Shown here piece by piece: positions 1 to 10,768 of a stretch of DNA of 13,114 bases. The notes beneath the pieces were generated by a model. It saw nothing but the letters and a program-made list of their open reading frames with translations, did no database searches and had not been told where the DNA came from. Each line of letters opens with the position of its first letter. Positions within the stretch are counted from its first letter, which is position 1. Source of the stretch: Bugula neritina (Eukaryota; Animalia; Bryozoa); NCBI GenBank assembly GCA_964035545.1, contig CAXIUT010000298.1, forward strand, positions 1-13,114. The letters are read 5' to 3'. The translations under genes and the position numbers were made by a program.

Positions 1-1656
1 AATGGAGTAGAAGAATTAGTCAATCATTAGATATTTAGATGTTATTTCAGAAATAAGAATTAAACGGCTTTAGTAGTCCATATATTATAAGATATAAATA
101 TTGTGTAAAATGTAGTGTTTAGATCCTTAATAAGTAAATTTTAATCTTCAGTGAAGCATCTGTGGTATAGCAGCTAGCTAACATAAATAAATCCATAAAC
201 TGTATAATAAAATATCCTCTAAAACAAAGTATGGAGTGAGATCTTTCCAACTAAAATAAAAAATATTTATCGCTAAAGAATCAAGTATAATAAACTACTA
301 TCTAAAAAGACACTAATTACATCTACTTTTCCATAGTTGAACAATTTGATGTATCGGAGGGTATTCAATTTTGTTAAAAATGATTTTAGTGGTGATAGGT
401 ATTAGTAGCGATTGGAAACGCAGCCTAAATAAAAATATTCTGCTGTTCTTTTTAAATGTATATAAAAGAGAATTAAATAGATATAGTAGTTGCAATTGAA
501 AATATCAAAAAATACTATAGATATAAAATCATAGGATTTTGAGCCGAAAGTTATATTTTTGGGTACAAATTCTAGTATGCCAACAATCTATCGCAACACT
601 TCAGGTATTTTGGTAGATATAAATAAAAGTAATTCATTTTTGTTGGATTGCGGCTAAGAAACCCTCGAGCAGATGGTCAATCACTACTCTCCTTAACAAA
701 TCGACAGCTAGCTCCAAAAGCTAAAAATAATATTTATCACGCATATCCATTCGGATCACAACCTTGGTATTCTAAATTTGATATCATATCGTCAAAAATT
801 ATTAAAAAAGAATAATATCAATAAAAAACTCATCCTCATTATTCCCTTCAATGTCTACAATTGGTATGCTTCTTATAATTAAACTATCTAAGATCTATCT
901 GTTAGTTGTGATGTTGTTTTTACTCAGTTGTTGTTGGAAGAATCGTATGATTAGGTTTTGTAGAAATAGGAAAAAATAAAAAATGGTTTATATGGGTAGT
1001 CGTATTGTAATATCAATGGTTACGAGGATAGGTTTTTCTCATAAATATAGGTAGATTTTTGTAATATTTATAGACCAGTGCGAAAACAAAGTAACTTGTT
1101 TCAAATAATTGCCTAAACAAAAATATCTTATCGAATAGTTTAAAAGTTTTTTAAATTAGAGTCAAATTAAATCATTTCAACCTGTTCGAGTTATCCACTG
1201 TCCTCAATCTTTTGGAATTATTATATAAAGTAATTAATATAAAATTAGCTATTCTGGAGATACTAGACCTTCAGAATAGTTTAAATAGGCTGCAATCAAC
1301 TCAGATATCATGATCCACTAGTCAACATTCAACGATAATGACAGATAAAAAGCTTAAAATTACAGACATTCAACAATCTCCTAGGCAGTCCAAGTGTAAT
1401 TCTATTCTTATACAGAGGATTTGATTCAATGGCAAAGCATCTTGTTTTGACCCATTTCAATTCCCACTTCAAAGTGCCTTCTCATCTACCCGAATCAAAT
1501 ATCAGTTCTTATTTCAGTAATAAAACTATATTTGCATTTGATCATCTGTAGATTCCTCTCAAATCTAAATAACTACTGCCTGAAATCAGTCGATTGATTT
1601 GTTTGGTTAATGATTAAGCTAGAAAACAATAGAGTGATAAAAAAAGTGATTTATGA
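1..1656 (+). CDS. ELAC2: Long-form tRNase Z (RNase Z / ELAC2-Trz1 family), 5'-partial
   Basis: With TAR=Glu, frame 1 has no TGA from base 1. Motifs: FLGTNSSMPTIYRNTS, LLDCG[E]ET, THIHSDHNLG (HxHxDH), VIHC, YSGDTRP, IH[E]ST (HEAT), HST, LTHF, AFDHL. A frame change near 1030-1075 is best explained by a 19-nt intron at 1032-1050 (tentative). There is a 20-nt intron at 1396-1415. Stop TGA 1654-1656. Confidence 0.92.
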
Positions 1657-1820
1657 TGTGCGACTGAATGGTCATATTTGTTTGAGATATCTAATTGTGA
1701 TTAGTTTTTATATTTGACTTTATATTCTCATTATAAGTTTATTGCTGATGGATTTGAAGTTTTGATATTGTTAAGATAAGATTTAATTTAATAAAAATAT
1801 TCTAATATTATCAACCATAT

Positions 1821-2299
1821 ATGGTCCAAATCCAAAAAGCTGAAAAGAAAGCCGTCTACAGATACCTTCTCCAAGAAGGAGTCGTCGTCGTTCACAAAGA
1901 CTTCACCTCTCAACAACATAAAGGAACCAACATCCCAAACATCCACGTAAGATCTCTACTCAGATCTCTTAAAGATAGAGGATTTGTCGAGTTAGTCTTC
2001 AACTGGCAATATTTCTACTACTTCATTAACAACGAAGGAAAGAAATATCTCTCAGAATTCCTTAACCTCACAGAAGAAGTCGTTCCCCTCACCTGGAAGT
2101 ATTTTTACCTTCATTTAGAAAAGACTAAAAAAGACAGTATGAACACATTGTTGAGGACAAAGGAAGAAGAGTCAGAAGAGAAGGCAGAGAAACCAGACCT
2201 TAAGGTGAAAGAAGAGGAGGTCGAGGAGCTGGCAGAGGAGAAAGAAAAAGAGAAGAGCCAGTTAGCACTGATAAGCCAGCTGAAACCACAACCGCATGA
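1821..2299 (+). CDS. RPS10: 40S ribosomal protein S10 (eS10)
   Basis: VYRYLLQEGVVVVHKDF..IPNIHV..LRSLKDRGFVELVFNWQYFYYFINNEGKKYLSEFLNLTEEVVPLTW is the eS10 core. Removing the 20-nt intron 2099-2118 gives the expected Arg/Gly-rich tail (..ERRGGRGAGRGE..), ending at TGA 2297-2299. The ORF-track C-terminus is an unspliced artefact. Confidence 0.96.
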
Positions 2300-2411
2300 T
2301 GATGTCAACTTATCTTTATTGCAACTATGCTAGTTTATGTTCATGATACTTATAGTAATTAAGTCCTAGTTTAAAAAGAAAGAATATTCGATATAAATTT
2401 TATTTGCAAAG

Positions 2412-3122
2412 ATGAAAACCAAAGGGTGGAGCACTAAAAATAGTTATGCGAGAACTCTCAATAAAGATACCTCGATTTGCAATAAAGACACCCTTATGAT
2501 GGGTCAAAAAGCTACCTTAAACATCAATCCTAAGAACCCATATGCCTGTAGTAACCCTTAAGTACCATTCAAAACGAAAGAATCAAACTTTCAAGAACTC
2601 AAGAATTAAATCAAATATCTCTAAAATTCACAATTTTTTTGTTTGAAATATCGTTTTAACACTGAACCTGATTGTCCAGAAGAGACTCAACTAAAACAAA
2701 CTGGGAAAGACTTTATGCCAAGTAAAAAAATAGCTCAGTTATAAAAATATAAAATGCATCTCAGAAAAAAAGGAAAAACAAGAAAGATTAGTCTTTTGTT
2801 GAATCGTAGTCAATACGATGAAAACAGAGAAGTAAAAGATCAAGCAACAGTTAATTTTTTGGAAGTTAAAGATTTCAATGAAGAAAAATAGACTGACACA
2901 AGAGGCATTTTTAGTCAGAACAATGGCAATACAAATACCAGATAGTCAAGTTTAAAGAAAAAATAGACTCCAAGTATAGTCAAGAAATACTACAGACCAA
3001 AGACAGGTTACCATAGATCAGCATCAGATTTACTAGCCAAAGATAATTCGATTCGAGGAAGAGCACTGAAGAGTAGTTCATCTAACCGTCAAAAATAAAA
3101 CTTTTTGATTTGCTGCTACTGA
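2412..3122 (+). CDS. Hypothetical protein (~236 aa), basic, ends ..NFLICCY
   Basis: ATG 2412 to TGA 3120-3122 is open with TAR=Glu and fills the gap between neighbouring genes. No recognisable domain. Confidence 0.7.
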
Positions 3123-3192
3123 ATACATGAGTAAAATCTATTTATAAACCATTTGATAATGAGCTATCCTTGAAAACAAAAATAAATATAAA

Positions 3193-4203
3193 TCAAAATT
3201 GATCGGTAAGAGTTCTACATCTTTTAGCTACTGATTCTTTCATTTTTTATCCTTTTACTCTACCGATATAAGGTCTTCCTTTTTTATCATCTCGAAGGTG
3301 TTGGTTTTATCTGAGTATATTCTGATTTTATTGGATTTTTGTTGTGATATTTCTAAGTAGATCTTTCTCTTGATGATCTTTGCTTTTCTTCAATAAAGAT
3401 AATTCTTTTACTATGCATCCGTAAGCTTCAGATAGTTATTGAATTTATCGACGTAGAGTGAAGCAAGAAGGACAGTTTTAGACTAAATTTTGCATTTCTG
3501 AGACCATTATTTGTAGTTATTATACTTATTTTTTCATATGATAAACACGAGGACTATTATTCAATCGATTATGCTATTTTATATTCATGTATTTAGTGTT
3601 CTAATTTTTTTAGTCTATCAAAATCCTCAAAGATTCTTTAAGTTTTTAGTTTTCTTCAATTATTTGTCGGATTTATCCATCGGAATGATCAAAAAATTGT
3701 TTAATGGGTTGATTATTAGTTCTTAGTAAAGAATTTATTCTTAAAATTTAATTATTTTTATATTTAATTTCTTATTATGCATCTTTGAGTCTTTCTTCAT
3801 AATTTTTAAGTTAAATTTTAACAAAATAAAGTTACCTTTATTTCTTTTCTAGCAACTAATTGGTTTATTTTTAATTCTTTTAGACTTTTTCAAGTATGGC
3901 AGCTTGAAAAGATTTATAGCTATTTGACTAATTATCAATCTAATTGGCAATTCTTGATGATTAGGTGGAATTGATTGATCTGAGGTATGGCTATCTTGAA
4001 TAATTCGATTATAAAGTTTTGAATCTTTATTTATTGGACGTGTCAATTATTTATTGGTTGAGGTAGTATGGTTGTTGTGAGATAAAAGGTTGTTTATTGG
4101 AATGATAGGTTTGTAGTGGAGTCGATTGTTCGGTGGGTTGATATGATTGTGTAATAACAGGTTTATATTTTTTATGAAAATATCCCTACTTCGATTTAAG
4201 CAT
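3193..4203 (-). CDS. Hypothetical coiled-coil protein (~336 aa) with an internal CPSC motif
   Basis: The 1011-nt frame ATG 4203 to TGA 3195-3193 has no internal TGA. It is E/K/L heptad-rich (e.g. ERELYFVKIELKNYEERLKDAEEEIKYK; VENCPSCFTLRREIQELSE). Confidence 0.78.
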
Positions 4204-4321
4204 GTTTGTTTAGTATTAATTTTTATAAGAAAATAACAGAAATAGTAACTTCTTATTTTGATTAATATATTTAGATAATTAGTTTTGTACTTGTTATAAA
4301 TTCGTAATATCAAACAGAAAA

Positions 4322-5023
4322 ATGTTCAAAAAAAAATAAGAGGATTAATAGATATTATAAACAATTGAACTATCGAGTAAATTATAAAAACATTTGAAAA
4401 AGTTAATGACACAGCGTAAGCAGCCCATCCTCACCAAGCGAAATGAAACAACAGATATCAATAGAGTAAAATCACTATAAAAAGAAATACAGATTCTAAA
4501 ATAGCAAAATAAATAATTGTATTTAGATAATTAGCAAATCAGTCAAGATATTCAGTCTATTAGAGAGGATAACAGGCAACTCAAACAATAACTATCATAA
4601 AATAAAAAATATATACAGTATTTACAAAATTACAATCAAGATCTCAAAAAATAACTACTCTTCTGGATGAGAAAACCCAACATAAAACCATAAACATAGC
4701 AAGATACTCATGCTTAGTTGATGATACAGGTAGTACATTTGCGAAGATAAAATTAGAAACGATAAGATTAGCTATAAAAACTAAAAAAAACTATCATCAT
4801 GGAACAGACTCATCTACAAAGCAACAAAAAATACTAAGAATCGAAGAACAAAGGTGATCATAGAGTGGAATTGGTGTTATCGCAGCGACACAAAAGGACA
4901 AATAGTTGTACAAGTTGTAATTATGAATCTATGAGAAAGAAGAAGAAGATGAAGTCAGAGGGAAGGGGAAGGCTTTGTGCTTGTCATAGTCAATATGTAA
5001 AAACATCATAATTTTTACATTGA
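4322..5023 (+). CDS. Hypothetical coiled-coil protein (~233 aa) with a C-terminal Cys/His cluster
   Basis: ATG 4322 to TGA 5021-5023 is open with TAR=Glu. Coiled-coil-like body (KSLEKEIQILKEQNKELYLDNEQISQDIQSIREDNRQLKQEL); tail CTSC..LCACH. Confidence 0.75.
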
Positions 5024-5057
5024 ATTAATTCTTTCTGATGATTTGAATAGTTATAAT

Positions 5058-5763
5058 ATGAGTATCATTGGATAAGGATTCGATTATCTTTTCAAAATGG
5101 TTGTCATCGGTGGTAAATCTTTCCTGTTTCAGATTCAGGAGTAGGTAAAACCAACCTCCTATCCCGCTTTTAAAAAAATTAATTCACACACGAATCGAAA
5201 GCCACTATCGGAGTATAATTTGCAACCAAAACAGTCAAACACGATAACATGAGCATCAAAATACAAATATGGGATACAGCAGGTCAATAAAGATATAGAG
5301 CCATCACCCATGCATACTACAAAGGAGCATCAGGTGCATTGTTAGTTTTCGACCTGACCAGACGTCCCACCTACGAGAACATCCCGAAATGGATCAGATA
5401 ATTAAAATAAAATTCACAATAAAACATGGTTTGCATTTTAGTCGGTACAAATAATCGAATATAAAGGCAATAAATGCGATAAATAACATTAAAGAACAGT
5501 AAAACAAGAAGAAGCTATCGAATTTGCACACCAAAATCAATTATACTATCTATAAACATCTGCTCTCACTGGCAATAACGTGCCCAATGCCTTCATGACA
5601 GTGATTAGGTGTAATGATTAGTGGTAATGTAGAAATATATACGCAAGTGCGACTCAAGGGGAAGCCAGCTTTAAGAAACCAAAGCAAGAATGGGCAAGTA
5701 TTAGTGGGAAAGAAAGTTTTGCAGGAACATACCTATGGGCAAAAGAAAAAATGTTGTCAATGA
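5058..5763 (+). CDS. RAB11: Rab11-family small GTPase
   Basis: [28 protein letters not shown][E]FAT, WDTAGQ[E][21 protein letters not shown][E]TSAL, and a C-terminal CCQ prenylation motif. Introns 5113-5132 (20 nt), 5445-5466 (22 nt), 5611-5632 (22 nt). Stop TGA 5761-5763. Confidence 0.95.
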
Positions 5764-5799
5764 GACAGATAGTGTCAGTAAAAGATGTTTAAATTTATA

Positions 5800-7116
5800 T
5801 CACCCAGCTTTCTCATTATCAACTGCTTTCAAAACGGTCAGTCCAGAGCGACGCACCTTCCTTGCCACCTATGGTTGTTGGGAACTACTCATTCTTGCCA
5901 TGCTGCAATCCATATAACTCTGAACCATAGGATTTTTCATGCCATTCTCCTTGATGTTCTTCTATGAACTATTCGGTCGGATCTACACTCTTGAACTCTG
6001 ATTTGGTCTCATATGCACTGGCATCGAATTGTTAGCCATGTATGGTTCAGGTTGTGGCCTGAAAGACATTGGTTGGACTTGGGGTCTTTGCTGTATCTGT
6101 TGGAGTTGCTGGACTGGCTGCATTGATTGGATTTGTTGCACTTGTTGAACCTGTTGAACTGGTTGGACATTTTGCTTGTACATCATATTTTGATGTGGTT
6201 CTAATACGGCTGAAGTACATCGGCTGAGATGATTTCCATAGTTAGTTTTTGGCATAGATTCTGTATGTCTTTTAGAAAAGACAAGTGCTGAACTTTAATT
6301 GATATTAGGTACAACAATTCTTGAATTTCTATTGGATGTTTTGGTGGTACTTTCCAGACTATCTTTATATTAGCTGATTTTATTAGATTTTTGGTTAATA
6401 TTTTTTTAATCCCACAATAAGCTAATACTTTTTTCGAGGGAAGCCTTGATCTCATTGATATATTATGGATTTATTGTTAGTGATACTTAATAGTTTTCAT
6501 TTTTGTCTAACTCCTATGATATTTCTTTTTGTGTCTGCAATGAATTTGCCAACACTTGAGTCCTAATCCGATGAAAACTCTATAAAAAATTTTGTGAGTT
6601 CAAGTCCTGAGCTGCTCCAAAAAGACTGTTCACATCCCTTGACACCATATTTAGTAAAGAATCCATTCTATTTTAATTGTGCAGACCCAATTTCTTCTAA
6701 TCTGCTTCCACCCGCCTGAGTACTTCTTTCTCCTTGGCATCAAAGAACCGATTCATGGCTTCGATTGTTTGTTCTCTGGCCTATCCGAGCACTTCTCTGA
6801 TGGTTTTACGTTTGCTGTAGATGTTTTCGACCAACATATTCTACTTAAGACCAGGTATACAATTCTTGATTTTTGTAGTTAGAGGGCAGTAATTCTGCTC
6901 CTCACATTTTCCTGCATGCGAGAGTAGGTATTTCTGATGTTTTAATAATCAGGAGCAGATCCTCTTTGGATATGTGATTCTGTGTGAGTGCAGATGCAAG
7001 TAGCACAGAGTCCAATATTGCACTAATCTGAGTAAGAAAGAAGTACCATGACAGCAGTAGTTGCTAACAAGCTCCCCGGGATGTAAATCACAAAAAATTT
7101 TACCAAACTCAATCAT
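5800..7116 (-). CDS. B-box-type zinc-finger / coiled-coil protein with a Gln-rich low-complexity C-terminal region (~425 aa)
   Basis: ATG 7116; CDLHPGELVSNYCCHD[E]CNIGLCATCICTHTESH has B-box ligand spacing. It is followed by a helical coiled coil and QPVQQVQQVQQIQ repeats. Introns 7028-7046 (19 nt) and 6841-6860 (20 nt) keep one continuous frame to TGA 5802-5800. Confidence 0.85.
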
Positions 7117-7252
7117 TTCGAATAGAAATTATAGAATTCAAATCATAAATGTAATATCAGCAATAATCAATTTAACCATCTTAGAATAATAAAGCAAATT
7201 ATATCTTAAGTCATCATTTAAATAATAAAAAGTTAGAGTTTAAATAGGACGA

Positions 7253-7749
7253 TCATACAATTTCCAAGAACATTTTGGGATTCAGCAACTCGATTTCTGG
7301 TTTAGCGATGTCGATCATGCCAGTTGGTTGGGCAACTACTCGCTTTGTTGAAATGCGAATTCCCTTCTTGTTGGCCTCAGTCTTCTTCTAAATTAATCAA
7401 TAAGCACCTTGTCGTTTTCCTTGCATCTGTTAAGGAAAGATTGTCTTGAAGTCGATAGCTTCAAATGCTCAACTCTCACATGAATTCTCTTGGGAATGAT
7501 TCTCTGTCTGACTTGCTTGTTAACGATAACGCCAATGGATCGAGGGTTGACGTTGAAGACACGGCCAGTTCTTCCATGGTAGTATTTGTGTGGCATGCCC
7601 TTGTGGATGGCACCATCGACAACGATATCAACGATGTCTCCAATTTTGTAGGCAGTGAGGGTCTTTGAAATATGGATGGCTCCATGCATCTTGAATCCCT
7701 TTCTAAACTTGTGTCTGGTTCTGCGCTTGCATCCGTAACTCTTAGCCAT
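7253..7749 (-). CDS. RPL21: 60S ribosomal protein L21 (eL21)
   Basis: YKIGDIVDIVVDGAIHKGMPHKYYHGRTGRVFNVNPRSIGVIVNKQVRQRIIPKRIHVRVEHLK is the eL21 signature. The 20-nt intron 7388-7407 restores KKKTEANKKGIRISTKR..; stop TGA 7255-7253; 158 aa. Confidence 0.97.
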
Positions 7750-7931
7750 TACTTAATTAATTAATATAAATGAATATTTAATCAATTTTTACCTAACCTC
7801 TTGATCATAGTAATTATTCATTTCTTAGTACTATCTTATAAATGGATAATCTGTCTCGAAATCTTATCATAAATATAGTTATTATCCAATACTGAATTCA
7901 AAATATCTTTTAAATGTTAAATAATGAAAAA

Positions 7932-9065
7932 TCACTTCTCATCAACTTTTTGTTGATTAAGCATCTTATTGATATCTTCCATGGCATGATCGTTCAACTC
8001 AACAGTCGATTTCTTCCTTTCCTATCCCTTACTAGCATTTCTACCTCTATTCTGAGTGCTATTCTGATAATGATCCATCAAACTGGTTGTTCCTTGGATG
8101 CGAGCATAGGCTAGCTGACATATTTTTTAGCTATTATATCGATCCCACTTCCTTCCATTAAAATCTTTGTGAAATTAGAAGATGAATTTAGTATGAATGA
8201 AGTTAGCAAAGGCATAGCCAACATTACATGAATTGAAATGATCGATAGGTAGATATAGAAAATTTATTCTCAAACGATGAATTTTACCTATTTACTATAA
8301 CAACATCTCTTAGCTATATTTATTAGGTATATGTCTGATCATCAAAGTAGTTCTCCCATCATTTTCAATCTATTTTTAATACATATCTACCATATCTGGA
8401 ATAATTTTGTATTAATTGGCCTCCTCGCCTGATACAGATCTTCTCTTGCGACTTACTTGAGGCAAATATAGGTTATTTTGAGGGTAGTATCCATAAGGAT
8501 AAGTTATGTGAGACATAGAACTGAAATCTGGATGTTCAGGGTGGTCTCTTGGACTAATAGTAAATGAATTGAAACTTGAGTGCAGAGTAGTGGCTCGTTC
8601 TTGTTTGTCTTATCGATTTAAAAATCTTGATAGAATGTAAAAATACTGAGAAATATATATTTGGTTATTTTGTTGATAATTGTTTCTAATGTAGCTGTTG
8701 TTCTGATAATTGCTAAATAATTTGCTTATCTATTCTTGTTATATCTCTTCTTTTCTACTGTCTTTGGCTCTTTCTGATTCACCACTACTGCTTGATGGAA
8801 ATTGCATGTTGTCGATGAGTTCAGTGATTCCTTTACAATCAGCATCATTAAGTATGTTGCATACTACACTTTGCAGGAAGGCTTTGTCTTGAAATTATAG
8901 TTGTTTTTGTTAATGTTTATTTCTTTTTTTATGTTTGCTAAGACGAGAGTGATGTTATACCTCTTGAGGTTTGGCTTTTGATTTTGGTCGAATGAAACAG
9001 TTCAAATTAGCCTGAGAAGTGTCGAATTTCAAGGGAAAATTGTCTTTTTTGAGCACTTTGCTCAT
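7932..9065 (-). CDS. Mei2-like RNA-binding protein (C-terminal Mei2 RRM3 / RRM_2 domain)
   Basis: DGRTTLMIRHIPNKYS[E]EMLL[E][E]I..NFLYLPIDHFNSCNVGYAFANF..FNGRKWDRYNS[E]KICQLAYARIQG is the Mei2 RRM3 signature. The frame is open from ATG 9065 to TGA 7934-7932. There is a possible in-frame 21-nt intron at 8370-8390. Confidence 0.9.
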
Positions 9066-9309
9066 AAATTCCACACAATTATATGTAATAAATCATATAC
9101 TATCAAATATCTCCTCAACAATCTTATTTTTACTTCTTCTCTCAAAATTACAATCTCTTTATAAAAAACCATTCTCAAAGTAAATATTATCTATCTTTTA
9201 AGACTCAAAAAAAATATCTTTGTTTATTCAATCACTCAAATATGAGTAACTTACTCAATACTATTTTTTTATTATAATCAGCGGATTTCTAAATAATTTT
9301 ATCATAAAG

Positions 9310-10095
9310 ATGTCGAGCTATGCTCTCAAACAACCTCATGTACTTGATAATTCTATTGATGTTGATCCTTCGTTCAGTTATATCAACATTATTCAAGAAG
9401 AACTTAGTAAAGAACAAAAACAAAGTCGTTCAAAGGCTAATAGTAATATCAGAGGTGTATCAAAAAGTCGAGATAAGCAAATAATGAGAAAATCTAAAGA
9501 CCAATATTTGGTATAAAGATTTCCTTTGAGAAAAAAGTCAAAACAATATTCAAAATCTCAATCTAAATCCAAAAAACGTTCAAAAAAGATAAACTCTAAA
9601 ATCATAACTACTAATAAGAAATAATATAAAACCATTGATTTTAAGTCTATTGAAACTAAAATCAAATCCAAAAAACAATAAAAACCTTTACTCTCAAAAA
9701 AAATTAGCTTATAGTCACTATTCAAAAAGTATTAACCTTTAACTAAGAAAAAAAAAGGAAAAGAAGATATTACTAAAAGAGATAAAAAATATAAAACTCA
9801 AAAACCTAAATCAACTAGTCGTATAAAGTTGAAAAAAAGCAAGAGTGAAAGCGCTCTTGATCAGATAACTCTTTCTTAGATAGGGAAGTAGACAAGATTC
9901 GGAAATAAAGAATCAAAAGTGATTCATTAGTATTTTGGAGTTGAGGATAAATTGTTGTCGATTGCTGAAGAAAAGTAAGATATTCGTGACAAAGGAATCA
10001 AGACAAAGCTAGAGAAGTGTAAAACTCGGAGTAGTGCAAGCAGTTTATCACAAAAAAAAGGAAATAGATTCAATCTTAAAGCTAAAAACAAATGA
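9310..10095 (+). CDS. Lys/Ser-rich basic low-complexity hypothetical protein (~261 aa)
   Basis: ATG 9310 to TGA 10093-10095 is open with TAR=Glu; many SK/KSK motifs (SKSQSKSKKRSKK). Confidence 0.75.
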
Positions 10096-10279
10096 TTATT
10101 TCAATCGATAACTAGTTGTGATTTTAGTATATTCATCTAATAGCAGTATTACTAGTTAATCTAATAATAATATATATTGATACAACTCCGTATCCCTCTT
10201 ATTAGCTCTCTATTTAGCATAATGAAAAGTATTAAGATGTTTTTCAATCAAGAGATAAAGTATACCATATAGTTAAAGA

Positions 10280-10699
10280 TCAAAAATAATTGACTTTTCT
10301 CTTGAAGTCATTCATCTTTTACACGTCTCGGTAGCCAAACTGTCCCTCATTCATGTATTTGCTCATTTTCTAGTGTTGATTTGGACTTGTCGAAATTGCT
10401 TTTTTCGAAGAGTCTTTATATAAGTTAGGATTAGATAGATTAGAGTTCAAGTCATATGCGCTTTTTATGTAAGGCATGTTGCCTGTTTCCTTTATGGTGA
10501 TTGGCTCTTTCAAGTAGTCACCATACTCGTTCATCATCTTGTTTCTGTAAACACTGTTGCTCTTCTTTGATTGTTATTCTCTTAAATATTTTTTACTATT
10601 GGGAGTACTTCTTATTACCCTTGAAACTCTAGGCTTCTCCTTTATAAAGTCATCATTATGCTCACTTGATTCCTTCACCAAAATGTATTGTTAGTTCAT
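10280..10699 (-). CDS. Hypothetical protein (~139 aa)
   Basis: Open frame ending at TGA 10282-10280 (..RDVEKMNDFKRKVNYF). The only in-frame ATG near the 5' end is at 10699; the start is uncertain because an upstream exon is possible. Confidence 0.62.
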
Positions 10700-10768
10700 T
10701 TACTTCTCTTATTGTTTGTTTATAGAGTTTTAGCCTACTAAAATATAATATATTCATAATTTTACATA

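Noticed and set aside
1319-1321. Split code with TAA=Glu but TAG meaning something else
   Set aside because: The most informative TAG is the catalytic HEAT-motif Glu, and the other TAGs fit Glu. Not supported here, although TAG sites are few.
5147-5161. AAAACCAACCTCCTA resembles the Tetrahymena chromosome breakage sequence consensus (WAAACCAACCYCNHW)
   Set aside because: It lies in the Rab P-loop codons (GKTNLL), about 6 kb from any telomeric tract; protein constraint explains it.
313-8892. Short standard-code ORFs such as 313-495, 2111-2308, 3538-3726, 3849-4313, 5735-5967, 6201-6455, 6679-6882, 7465-7685, 7914-8114 and 8710-8892
   Set aside because: They are antisense or off-frame shadows of the real table-30 genes.
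1-10700. Genes as pseudogenes full of stops, or the standard ciliate TAR=Gln code
   Set aside because: TAA/TAG fall on conserved Glu positions and are absent from the Gln-rich tract; frames are otherwise intact.
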